This document shows positions 10,294 to 19,135 of a DNA stretch of 64,000 nucleotides, piece after piece. Source of the stretch: an uncultured Gemmatimonadales bacterium (lineage in GTDB: Bacteria > Gemmatimonadota > Gemmatimonadetes > Gemmatimonadales > GWC2-71-9); NCBI GenBank assembly GCA_963795085.1, contig CAWCFX010000004.1, forward strand, positions 96,001 through 160,000, read 5' to 3'. How positions within the stretch are numbered: the stretch's first letter is position 1; every line of letters starts with the position of its first letter. A program made the translations under genes and the position numbers. Below the pieces are notes generated by a model. That model did no database searches, had not been told where the DNA came from, and was given only the letters and a program-made list of their open reading frames with translations.

Positions 10294-11654
10294 CGCGCCT
10301 GGGTGCGCCGGCCGCGCAGGTAGAAGATCCCCCCGAACAGGATCGACCCGAGGGCGCCGCCCACCACCTTGAGTTCATAGGTCCACAGGTCGGTGGTGCC
10401 TGGCGGCGGAATCATGGCAAGAATCATCGCGAACGCCGTCAGGCAGAAACCGGCAGCGCCCACCAGGAGACGCCGGATGCCCAACCGTCCGGGACGAAGC
10501 ACGATGTAGGCGAGGAAGAGGTAGAGAAATGGAATGAAATACACCAGCACCATCGTACTCAGCAGGATGAGATACACCCGCTCTACCGTGCTGCCCTGGC
10601 CCAGCGAGGCAAGCAGCAGGAAGACCGTGGCCAGAGAGGCATGAATGAGAATGGCGACGTACGGGGTCTTCCAGGTCGGGTGGATGCGGCCGAACGCCGG
10701 CGGGAAATACCGGTCCAGGCCGATCATCAGCGCCACCCGTGCCGGCCCCACCAGCCAGGCGCCCACGTTGCCCAGGTTACCCACTACGTACATCGCCGCC
10801 GCCAGGGGGATCAGCCAGGCGACTCCCCCGGCGCCGGCCGCGATGGCCTGCAGGAACCCGGACACGACGTTGACCTCTCCGGCGGGCACCAGGTAGAGGA
10901 CCGAGGCCGTACCCAGGATGTACAGACCGGCGATCAGCGGTGCCGAGATATAGACGGACCGTGGCAGGTTGCGCGTGGGGTCGGCGGTCTCTCCGCCCAT
11001 GGATGGCGCCAGTTCCAGCCCCGCGAAGGCGAACGCCACCGAGGCCCACAGGTTGAGCTGGTTGAAATCGCTGAAGTCCGGCAGCAGCGACGGAGCGCTG
11101 AACGGCGTAGCCGGTGGTCCGTGGAAGGCCGCCCATGCACCGAGGCCGAGAAGGACGAGGCCAGGCAGGTACGAACCGATAGCGCCGATGTTCTGCAGCC
11201 ACTTGCCGGTGCTGAGTCCCACGATGTTGACGCCCGTCGCGAGCCAGAGCATGGCCAGGGTGGCGATGAAGACATAACCCCGGTTCTCCATCAGGCCGGA
11301 GCCCTCCTGGCCGGTCACGTACGTGGCGATCACCGCCGTGGACATGAGCAGGCTCGGTGGGTACAGCACGTTGTTGACCCAGTAACACCAGCCGCAGAGA
11401 AACCCGTGACCTTCGCCGAACGCGCGCTTGGTCCAGGCATAAATGCCACCCTGCTCTGGAAACCGTGCACCCAGGTCGGCCACGGCGAGGCCCTGGGGAA
11501 CGAAGAAGAGCAGGGCGGCCAGCAGCCAGAGGGTGAGCGCGCTCCATCCGTTAGACGCGGAGGTGGCAAGCCACCGAAGGCTGAGTACCGCGACCACATT
11601 GAAGAACACGAGGTCGCGGAGCCGAAGCGCGCGGGGAAGTTGCGGCGAGGTGAT
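10290..11654 (-). CDS. APC-family amino acid/polyamine permease
   Basis: About 12 hydrophobic segments; GGIYAW, FAFAGLE, E..DP.RNLPR, FGRIHP.WKTP motifs; start placed at a putative ATC codon (see findings), first canonical start is GTG 11609. Confidence 0.85.
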   Translation of the reverse strand: MTSPQLPRALRLRDLVFFNVVAVLSLRWLATSASNGWSALTLWLLAALLFFVPQGLAVADLGARFPEQGGIYAWTKRAFGEGHGFLCGWCYWVNNVLYPPSLLMSTAVIATYVTGQEGSGLMENRGYVFIATLAMLWLATGVNIVGLSTGKWLQNIGAIGSYLPGLVLLGLGAWAAFHGPPATPFSAPSLLPDFSDFNQLNLWASVAFAFAGLELAPSMGGETADPTRNLPRSVYISAPLIAGLYILGTASVLYLVPAGEVNVVSGFLQAIAAGAGGVAWLIPLAAAMYVVGNLGNVGAWLVGPARVALMIGLDRYFPPAFGRIHPTWKTPYVAILIHASLATVFLLLASLGQGSTVERVYLILLSTMVLVYFIPFLYLFLAYIVLRPGRLGIRRLLVGAAGFCLTAFAMILAMIPPPGTTDLWTYELKVVGGALGSILFGGIFYLRGRRTQAR

Positions 11655-11826
11655 GGAAGCCTCCCGGAAAAAACGTGGATTGCGTATGAGCCCGACTTGG
11701 AAGGTTCGACCGGATGCACGCAGAAATATGACCCGGCCCGCGTTTTCCCGGTTGCCCCCATGCCCGACATTGCGCCGATATTCCCTCTATAGGGGCGGAA
11801 GCCTCAGGGCCGCCGGGCCGCCGGGC

Positions 11827-12591
11827 CTATCCCAGGTAGAGCCGCTTCGGATCCAGTTGCTCCCGCAGCAGCGTCAGCTCCCGTTCCGTCGGAGGGGCGA
11901 CGCTCCCCGGTTCACTCCGGGACTGCAGGGCCCAGCCCACCCCCGCCCTGACCTCCTCCGCCGAGATCCCCGGATACAGTTTCGTCAGCACCAGCTCACC
12001 GGTCGCCGGGTCGGCCTCGAGAATCGCCTTGTCGGTGATGACCTTCACCGGGCCAGCGCCGGGCATCCCCAGGGCTGAGCGCGGCGTGCCATCCCGAAAA
12101 CGGTGGCCCGGGCTGGTGATGAAATCGACCTGTTCCGGAAACGCCCGGCGGTCCAGCCGGCTGATGATAAGCGTCCGTTGGGCGTGGATGGCGATCTCGG
12201 CGGCGCCGCCGCTCCCCGGCAGACGCACCTTGGGGTTGTCATAGGATCCGACCACGGTGGTGTTGATGTTGCCATACCGGTCGATCTGGGCGCCCCCCAG
12301 GAAGCCTACTTCGATCCGGCCGTTCTGCAGGATCATCTGAAATACCTGGGCCATCCCGCACACCATGAGCGAACCGGTGACCAGGGCCGGGTCTCCAATC
12401 GAGACCGGGACCCGCTCCGGCACCGCGCCCACCGCCCCCGACTCGTAGATCAGCACCAGGTTGGGGGCATGGATCGCACGAGCCAGGTTGCAGGCGAGAT
12501 TGGGGAGGCCAATCCCGACAAAAACGACCTCGCCGTCGCCCAACTCCCGGGCCGCAACGGCGGTCATCATTTCCGCAGGGGTATAGGTCAT
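11827..12591 (-). CDS. Family I CoA-transferase beta subunit (CatJ/GctB type)
   Basis: FVGIGLP, catalytic LIYESG, GFLGGAQIDRYGNINTT, RLPGSGGA, VDFITSPG. Confidence 0.88.
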   Translation of the reverse strand: MTYTPAEMMTAVAARELGDGEVVFVGIGLPNLACNLARAIHAPNLVLIYESGAVGAVPERVPVSIGDPALVTGSLMVCGMAQVFQMILQNGRIEVGFLGGAQIDRYGNINTTVVGSYDNPKVRLPGSGGAAEIAIHAQRTLIISRLDRRAFPEQVDFITSPGHRFRDGTPRSALGMPGAGPVKVITDKAILEADPATGELVLTKLYPGISAEEVRAGVGWALQSRSEPGSVAPPTERELTLLREQLDPKRLYLG

Positions 12592-12623
12592 GATCTCGGG
12601 TTTCCCATAAAGCACTGTGCGAG

Positions 12624-12662
12624 CCTTCCCTCCAACCCGGAGAGGGGGATAGGGGGTGAGGA
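12624..12662 (-). repeat. REP-like intergenic element (CCTCACCCCC..CCCCTCTCC...GGAGGG type)
   Basis: Minus strand has a pyrimidine-rich CCTCACCCCC..CCCCTCTCC arm followed by GGAGGGAAGG, able to fold back; lies between the two CoA-transferase genes. Confidence 0.4.
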
Positions 12663-12663
12663 C

Positions 12664-13587
12664 CTAGAACCCATAATTCACCGGGGAGCTCAGCCGCTCG
12701 CTCGCGTGGAGGCGTGCGGCCAGCCCGGGTTGCCGGGCCATGTAGGCCGCTCGGTCGGGAACGTCGTACACAAATTCCTGCAGGTAGCTCTTGAGTTTCG
12801 ACGGATCGCGAGAGACCGGCTCCCACGCCACGTAGAAGTCATTGTCCCGGTCATAGTAACCCTGGGCGTAGGAGGGGTGTGCGCCCCACGGCTCAACCAC
12901 CACGGAGTCCACAATCATGCCCGGAATGAGTGTCCGGTTGGGATCCGACCGGATCACCGATTCCTCGACCAGTTCCTCCACCACCACGATCACCCGCTTC
13001 GAGGCAAAGGCGGCTTCCTGCTGGACGCCGAGCAGGCCCCACACCTGGGTGTTTCCCTGGGTGTCGGCCCGCTGGGCATGGATAATGGTGACATCGGGAT
13101 TGAGGGCCGGTACCGTCGCGAGCACTTCACCGGTGTAGGGACAGGTCACCGTGCGAATCAGCGGATTCGCACTGGCCAGATCCGTCCCCATGTAGTCCCG
13201 GAGCGTCCAGAAGGGAAGCCGTGCGGCGCCGGCGCTCAGCCGCGCCACCATGCCGAAGTGGGAATACTCCTCGATTTCGAGTGGCTGGTCGGCCTTGCCC
13301 TCCACCGCCCGCCGGAAGGCGTGCAGCGACCCCGCCCCCGGATTCCCCGCCCAGCTGAAGACCAGCTTGCGGGCTACCCCGGCGGCAATCATCTGGTCGT
13401 AGATCAGATCGGGAGTGAGCCGGCAGATGGTCAAGTCCTTCCGGCGCTGCCGAATGATCTCGTGCCCCGCCGCAAAACAGATCAGGTGGGTAAATCCCTC
13501 GATCACCACGGTATCACCGTCGTGGACGTGGCGGGCGATGGCATCCTTCAGGGACACCACCTTCGATAGCGCCGGTTCTTTATGCAT
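12664..13587 (-). CDS. Family I CoA-transferase alpha subunit (CatI/GctA type)
   Basis: IEGFTHLI..AAGHEIIRQ, TPDLIYDQMI, FSWAGNPG, EEYSH, CPYTGE, HAQRAD..GN, GAHPSYAQGYYDRD. Confidence 0.88.
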   Translation of the reverse strand: MHKEPALSKVVSLKDAIARHVHDGDTVVIEGFTHLICFAAGHEIIRQRRKDLTICRLTPDLIYDQMIAAGVARKLVFSWAGNPGAGSLHAFRRAVEGKADQPLEIEEYSHFGMVARLSAGAARLPFWTLRDYMGTDLASANPLIRTVTCPYTGEVLATVPALNPDVTIIHAQRADTQGNTQVWGLLGVQQEAAFASKRVIVVVEELVEESVIRSDPNRTLIPGMIVDSVVVEPWGAHPSYAQGYYDRDNDFYVAWEPVSRDPSKLKSYLQEFVYDVPDRAAYMARQPGLAARLHASERLSSPVNYGF

Positions 13588-13593
13588 GGATAA

Positions 13594-14286
13594 TCAGTTG
13601 GAGTTTCCCGCCCCTTCGACCGCTTCGATCTCGGCGATCAGGCGGTCGCTGGCGCCAGCGAGGTGTTCGGTGAGGAGCGTTTCCGCCCCGGCCGCGTCGT
13701 GGGCGACGAGAGCGGCCAGCAAGGCCCGGTGCTCGGCATCGAACACACTGCGGTACTTGAGCATCAGGTCGTAGGATAGCCAATACCGGTCCACCCGGTG
13801 CAGAAGTTCGGTGATCAGCTCCTGCAGGCGGGGCCGCTGGTCGAGATCATAGATCAGGGTGTGGAACTCCATGTCCAGCGACCCCCAGCTGCCGCCGTCG
13901 GTGGCCTGCTCCGCCGTATCCAGCACCGCTTGAGCCCGGGCCAGGGTCTCGGCGGACAGGGCCGGCGACGAGCGGCGGATCGCTCCAGACTCCAGCAGTG
14001 AACGTATCTCGTAGATCTCCCGGATCTCCTCGGTGGAGAGCGCGCTGACCGTGGCCCCTCGGTTCGGCTGGTAAGTGACCAGGCCTTCCGATTCCAGTTG
14101 GCGCAGCGCCTCGCGGACGGGAATGTGGCTCACCTGCAGGTTCGCCGCGATCTCCGCCTGGGGGAGCGGCTGCCGAGCCTTGAGCCGCCCGGTTGTGATG
14201 GCCTCCCGAAGGGCGGCGGCAACCACTTCGTGAGTGGCCTGGCGACCGGGACGTCGGACCCTACCTAAAGCAGTGGTAATACTCAA
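13594..14286 (-). CDS. GntR-family regulator (FCD domain)
   Basis: N-terminal wHTH (VSHIPVREALRQLESEGLV), EIYEIRSLLE, FH, EH and H motifs of the FCD domain. Confidence 0.9.
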   Translation of the reverse strand: MSITTALGRVRRPGRQATHEVVAAALREAITTGRLKARQPLPQAEIAANLQVSHIPVREALRQLESEGLVTYQPNRGATVSALSTEEIREIYEIRSLLESGAIRRSSPALSAETLARAQAVLDTAEQATDGGSWGSLDMEFHTLIYDLDQRPRLQELITELLHRVDRYWLSYDLMLKYRSVFDAEHRALLAALVAHDAAGAETLLTEHLAGASDRLIAEIEAVEGAGNSN

Positions 14287-14332
14287 AGCTTGCTCTTCCG
14301 ATCAGTTGAGAAGGACCGTACGGTGACTGCGC

Positions 14333-14361
14333 TTGCAACAGAATATATTATATATTATCTT
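14333..14361 (+). promoter_or_regulatory. sigma70 promoter for the aminomutase operon with a palindromic operator in the spacer
   Basis: TTGCAA (14333-38), 17 nt, TATCTT (14356-61); perfect inverted repeat AATATAT-T-ATATATT at 14342-14356, probable GntR site. Confidence 0.7.
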
Positions 14362-14434
14362 CCATTCAGTCAACAGCCACCGCGGACCCAATCACGCGGC
14401 GGTTCCTCCTGTTTCCTGTTTCGACGGGTTACCC

Positions 14435-15796
14435 ATGAGCGATTCAACGACGGTCGAAACCATCCAGCAGCCGATCCAGTATCCGCCGGCCCGCGAGTAT
14501 GTGGAACCGGATTGGACCCGGCTGCCCGGATTCCGTGGTGCTTCCCGGGAAGACTGGGAAAGCGCCCTCTGGCAGCGAAAGAACACGGTCAAGAACCTGA
14601 AGGAGCTCAAGGCGGTGCTGGGCCCCCTCCTTCCGGAAACCCTGTTCGCGAGCATCGCTCGCGACCAGGAGGAGCGGGCGACCATGTCCATGCTATTGCC
14701 GCCCCAGATGATCAATACCATGAACACGGAGAATCTCTGGGAGGACCCGGTGCGCCGCTACATGGCGCCTGCCCTGGACGACCGGCGGACTGACTGGCCC
14801 AACCATCCCATGGCCTCGCGGGACAGTCTGCATGAGGCCGAGATGTGGAAAGTGGAAGGCCTCACCCATCGCTATCCCACCAAGGTCCTGGCGGAATTGC
14901 TATCGACCTGTCCCCAGTACTGCGGGCACTGCACCCGCATGGACCTGGTCGGCAATGACGTGCCCCAGGTGGACAAGCTCAAGTTCGTGACGCCCCAGAA
15001 GAGCCGCCACCAGCAGATCCTGGAGTACCTCCGCCAGACGCCCTCGGTGCGGGACGTCGTCGTATCCGGCGGCGATATCGCCAACTTGCCGATCACGGTC
15101 CTGGAGCCGTTCATCAGCGCCCTGCTCGATATTCCGAGCATCCGGGATATTCGGCTGGCCAGCAAGGGCCTGATGGGTATTCCCCAGCATTTCCTGCAGG
15201 AGTCGGTCGTCGATGGGATGGCCCGCCTGGCCAGGAAGGCGATCGAGCGGGGCGTGGACCTGGCGCTGCATACCCACGTCAACCACGCGCAGCAGGTCAC
15301 GCCGCTGGTGGGCCGGGCCGCCCAGAAACTGCTGGAGATCGGCTTCCGCGATGTCCGGAACCAGGGTGTGCTTCTCCGCGGGGTGAACACCACTCCGCAG
15401 GACCTGCTCGAACTCTGCTTCATGCTGCTCGATCACGCCAAGATCATGCCCTACTACTTCTACATGTGCGACATGATTCCGAATTCGGAGCACTGGCGGC
15501 TCGGCGTCTTTGAGGCGCAGCAGCTGCAGCATGACATCATGGGGTACCTCCCCGGTTTTGCCACGCCGCGGATCGTGTGCGACGTGCCCTTCGTCGGCAA
15601 ACGCTGGATTCACCAGCTGGCGGACTACGACCGGGAAAAAGGTATCAGCTACTGGACCAAGAACTACCGCACCGGCATCGAGATGGACGATCCCGAGGCG
15701 CTCAACCGGAAATACGAGTATTACGATCCGATTTACCTCCTGCCGGAATCGGGGCAGGAATGGTGGCAGAAACAGTACCCTCAAGGCGGGAGGTAA
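14435..15796 (+). CDS. kamA: KamA-family radical SAM/PLP 2,3-aminomutase (lysine- or arginine-type)
   Basis: GLTHRYP, CPQYCGHCTR radical SAM motif, SGGD, THVNH, NQGVLLRGVN, PYY..MCD, PLP-lysine in DVPFVGK. Confidence 0.88.
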   Translation: MSDSTTVETIQQPIQYPPAREYVEPDWTRLPGFRGASREDWESALWQRKNTVKNLKELKAVLGPLLPETLFASIARDQEERATMSMLLPPQMINTMNTENLWEDPVRRYMAPALDDRRTDWPNHPMASRDSLHEAEMWKVEGLTHRYPTKVLAELLSTCPQYCGHCTRMDLVGNDVPQVDKLKFVTPQKSRHQQILEYLRQTPSVRDVVVSGGDIANLPITVLEPFISALLDIPSIRDIRLASKGLMGIPQHFLQESVVDGMARLARKAIERGVDLALHTHVNHAQQVTPLVGRAAQKLLEIGFRDVRNQGVLLRGVNTTPQDLLELCFMLLDHAKIMPYYFYMCDMIPNSEHWRLGVFEAQQLQHDIMGYLPGFATPRIVCDVPFVGKRWIHQLADYDREKGISYWTKNYRTGIEMDDPEALNRKYEYYDPIYLLPESGQEWWQKQYPQGGR

Positions 15797-15799
15797 AGC

Positions 15800-17155
15800 A
15801 TGGTGACCCAGACCGAACCCCAGACGAAAGCCCGGGAGACCTCTGCGCCGGAGTACCCCCGGATCCTGACGCCGCCGCCCGGGCCCCGGGGCCGCGCCAT
15901 AGTGGACCAGGACGCCGAGTGGACCTCGACATCCTATATCAAGGAGTATCCGCTCGTCTTCGCCGGCGGGAAGGGCGCCATGGTCGAGGACGTGGACGGC
16001 AACCGGTACATCGATTTCATGGCCGGCATCGCCGTTTCGGCCACCGGGTACAACCACCCGAAGGTCGTGGCGGCCATCCAGGACCAGGCCGCCCGGTTTC
16101 TGCACGCCTGCGGCACCGACTTCTACTTCGAGAATTTTGCCCGGCTCGCCGAGCGGTTGGCCCGCTCGGTACCGGGTCCGAACAAGAAACGGGTCTTCCT
16201 GACCAACTCGGGCACCGAGGCGGTGGAGGGCGCCATCAAACTGGCCCGGAACCACACCGGCCGCACCGCGCTGATCGCGTTCCACGGCTCGTTTCATGGC
16301 CGCACCTACGGCGCCATGAGCCTGACATCCAGCAAGACCAAGCAGCGCAAGGGATTCGGGCCGTTCCTGCCGGAGGTGTACCACGTACCCTACCCGGCCC
16401 CATACCGGCTGGGCGGTGACGGAGCGGCCAGCGCCGTGTCCCTGAATGCACTGCAGGAGATGTTCGATCGCCAGCTGAGTCCCACCGACGTCGCCGCCAT
16501 CTTCGTCGAACCGGTCCAGGGCGAGGGCGGCTACGTCCTCCCGCCGGCCGGCTTCCTCCGTTCGCTGCGGGAGCTCTGCGACCAGCACGGCATCCTCCTG
16601 GTAGCAGACGAGGTGCAGTGCGGGGTCGGCCGCACCGGGAAGATGTGGGCCTGCGAATGGGACGGGGTGGAGCCCGATATCCTGTGCACCGCCAAGGGGC
16701 TCGGCAGCGGCATGCCAATCGGGGCGTTCATCGCGAAGGAGTCGGTGATGACCTGGGAGTCGGGGGCTCACGGCTCCACCTTTGGAGGCAACCCGGTCGG
16801 TTGCGCCGCGGCCCTGGCCACTCTGGATATCGTCGAGGAATCCCTGCCCCACGTCCTCGCCATGGGCGACCGGATCCTCGCCGCCGCCCGGGTACTCCAG
16901 CAGAAGTATCCGGTCATCGGCGATGTCCGGGGCAAGGGCCTGATGATCGGCATCGAGTTTGTGAAGGACCGGAAGACCAGGGAACCCTACCCCGAGCTGG
17001 TGGACCGGATCACCGAGCGTGCCTTCGCCAAGGGCCTTCTCCTCCTCGGCTGCGGCAAGAGCGCTTTCCGCCTGGCGCCACCCCTGGTCCTGAACGAGTA
17101 CGATGTGGACACCGGGATGGCGATACTGGGAGAGTGCTTGGGGGAGGAGAAGTGA
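15800..17155 (+). CDS. Class III PLP aminotransferase (GABA/omega-amine type)
   Basis: DVDGNRYIDF, NSGTEAVEGA, SFHGRT, EPVQGEGGY, DEVQCG.GRTG, TAKGLG, HGSTFGGNP. Confidence 0.9.
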   Translation: MVTQTEPQTKARETSAPEYPRILTPPPGPRGRAIVDQDAEWTSTSYIKEYPLVFAGGKGAMVEDVDGNRYIDFMAGIAVSATGYNHPKVVAAIQDQAARFLHACGTDFYFENFARLAERLARSVPGPNKKRVFLTNSGTEAVEGAIKLARNHTGRTALIAFHGSFHGRTYGAMSLTSSKTKQRKGFGPFLPEVYHVPYPAPYRLGGDGAASAVSLNALQEMFDRQLSPTDVAAIFVEPVQGEGGYVLPPAGFLRSLRELCDQHGILLVADEVQCGVGRTGKMWACEWDGVEPDILCTAKGLGSGMPIGAFIAKESVMTWESGAHGSTFGGNPVGCAAALATLDIVEESLPHVLAMGDRILAAARVLQQKYPVIGDVRGKGLMIGIEFVKDRKTREPYPELVDRITERAFAKGLLLLGCGKSAFRLAPPLVLNEYDVDTGMAILGECLGEEK

Positions 17156-17552
17156 GAAGTGAGCCGTGAAAAGTGCTCAGAAAGTGAAATTGGAAGGGGC
17201 GCTCGATGGTGGAGCGCCTTTTCAGCGTCCTGCACTTTCTCGCTGTGCGGCAGGTTTGGCAGCATTGCAGAACGCGTTACATGCTAGTGGACTGTCTCAC
17301 ATGTTTCGATAGTCGCTGTCGAACACCTCGCCACGGAGCCACGAAGCACACGGAGGTAGCACGGAGCACCCACCGTAGCGGGCTCCCAATACCTTGGTGG
17401 CAGCATGAAGCTTCTTCGTGCTGCCGTGAACTTCGTGACTCCGTGGTGAATCAGTTCTTGCCCACCTGATCGGGACCTTGTATACAGTCCACTAGTCTTG
17501 GACCATGAGGAACCATCGCAGCTTGTGGCCTGGCCCCCCTCTCACTTCTCAC
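17152..17552. repeat. Intergenic segment bounded by inverted GTGAGAAGTGAG repeats, with an internal CACGGAG/CACGAAG inverted repeat
   Basis: GTGAGAAGTGAG 17152-63 vs CTCACTTCTCAC 17541-52; CCACGGAGCCACGAAG 17331-46 vs CTTCGTGACTCCGTGG 17431-46 (15/16 complementary). Confidence 0.7.
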
Positions 17553-19132
17553 CTCTCCCTTTCTGTTACTACTGTCCTGCTCTGCTCCCGGACAAACTGC
17601 TGCACATAGTACGGGCCGCAGCCGCCCTTTCCGCTCGAACCTGATCCCTTCCACCCCGTGAAGGGCTGGGCTCCGGGCCAGGCGCCGGTGGTGGCACCGC
17701 TCCGCTTATTGGCATAACAGACGCCCGCCTCGATCTCGTCGAAGAAACGGTCTACTTCCTCCGGGTCCTCCGAGAAGATTCCCGCCGTCAAACCATACTC
17801 CGCCTTGTTGCTTTCGGCGATCGCCTGGTCCAGGGAGTCAACCTCGGCGACAGCCAGAAAGGGAACAAACAGCTCCTCGAAAAAGAGCGAGCTGGACAGC
17901 GGCACCCGCGCCACGGTGGGCGCCACGTAGTGGCCCTTGTCGAAGCCTCCGCCTTTCAGGCGATCACCACCGGCCAGGATGGTCCCCTCTTTCTTCGCCT
18001 GCTCCACCGCGGCCTCCCACCGCTTGACCGCTTTCTGGTTGATCACCGGGCCGAAATAGACATCCCGCTCGGTGGGATCGCCCATCTTCATGCCCTTCAT
18101 CTTGTCCAGCAGCTTGGCCACAAACGGCTCAACTATGGTTTTGTGGACATACACGCGGGAGGTGGCGCTGCACTTCTGGTTCTGCAGCCCAAAGGCCGAC
18201 TTCATGACTCCTTCGGCCGCCGCGTCGAGGTCCGCTGACTCCATCACGATCGCCGGGTTCTTGCCCCCCAGCTCAAGCAGGCACGGCTTGATCCACTTCC
18301 GGCTGATCCCCTGGTGAATCCGAAGCCCCACCGCCTTGGACCCGGTGAAGACGATACCGTCCACCCCGGGATGCTGCCATAGCGCATCTCCCATGACCGA
18401 CCCGTGGCCGGACAGGAAGCTGAACACCCCTGTGGGCATCCCGGCGTCGCGATAGACCTCGTACAACTGCCAGCCGGTAAGCGGGGTATCCTCCGCCGGC
18501 TTGTACACCACCGCGTTGCCGGTCATCAGCGCCGCGGAGGACATCCCGGTGGATAGCGCCAACGGGAAGTTGAACGGTGCGATACACGCGAAGACCCCGT
18601 AGGGCCGCTGCACGTCGGTGTTGCGCTCGATCGGCGTCAGATTGGCCATCGGACGGACGAAGCCGTTAGCGTCCTCCACCTGCTGGGCGTAGTAGTCGAT
18701 CAAGTCCGCCGCTTCTTCCGCGTCCCCCATGGACTCCAGCCGGCTCTTGCCCACCTCCAGGCTCATGGTGGCGGCGAGGTCGTACTTCCGGTCCCGGATG
18801 ATCTCCGCGGCGCGCCGGATGATCGCCAGCCGCTCCTGCCAGGGCCGGCGACCCCAGCCCTTCTGGGCTCGGCGGGCGGCCTGGACGGCCAGGTCCACCT
18901 GCTGGGGACCCGCTGCGGCAAAGGTGCCGATCACCACGGACGTGTCGATGGGGGAGGTGTCCACGATGGGATCGCCTCCGCCGCTCCCGGGTACCTCCCG
19001 GCCGTCGATCAGCAGCGGGTAGGTCTTCCCGAGCTGGGACCGCAACCGGGTGAGCGCCTCGTCGAAGCGACGGTGGAAGTCGTCCAGGTCGACGTTGGTG
19101 GAGGTGTAGGTGACTTTCTGGGTAGTAGCCAT
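17549..19132 (-). CDS. Aldehyde dehydrogenase, P5C-dehydrogenase (RocA)-like
   Basis: IAPFNFP, KPAEDTP, FTGS, LELGGKN, QKCSA (catalytic Cys), EELF, YGLTAG, TTGA..GAQPF.GWK.SG. Confidence 0.88.
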   Translation of the reverse strand: MATTQKVTYTSTNVDLDDFHRRFDEALTRLRSQLGKTYPLLIDGREVPGSGGGDPIVDTSPIDTSVVIGTFAAAGPQQVDLAVQAARRAQKGWGRRPWQERLAIIRRAAEIIRDRKYDLAATMSLEVGKSRLESMGDAEEAADLIDYYAQQVEDANGFVRPMANLTPIERNTDVQRPYGVFACIAPFNFPLALSTGMSSAALMTGNAVVYKPAEDTPLTGWQLYEVYRDAGMPTGVFSFLSGHGSVMGDALWQHPGVDGIVFTGSKAVGLRIHQGISRKWIKPCLLELGGKNPAIVMESADLDAAAEGVMKSAFGLQNQKCSATSRVYVHKTIVEPFVAKLLDKMKGMKMGDPTERDVYFGPVINQKAVKRWEAAVEQAKKEGTILAGGDRLKGGGFDKGHYVAPTVARVPLSSSLFFEELFVPFLAVAEVDSLDQAIAESNKAEYGLTAGIFSEDPEEVDRFFDEIEAGVCYANKRSGATTGAWPGAQPFTGWKGSGSSGKGGCGPYYVQQFVREQSRTVVTERER

Positions 19133-19135
19133 GAT

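Noticed and set aside
14435..15796. EpmB (EF-P beta-lysylation) or classical lysine fermentation role for the aminomutase
   Set aside because: No efp, epmA, kamDE, kdd or kce in the window, and the protein is longer than EpmB; such genes elsewhere in the genome cannot be excluded
17152..17552. CRISPR array or IS element
   Set aside because: No regularly spaced 23-47 nt repeats, no cas or transposase gene; the small ORFs here (17206-17469, 17451-17654) have no coding hallmarks
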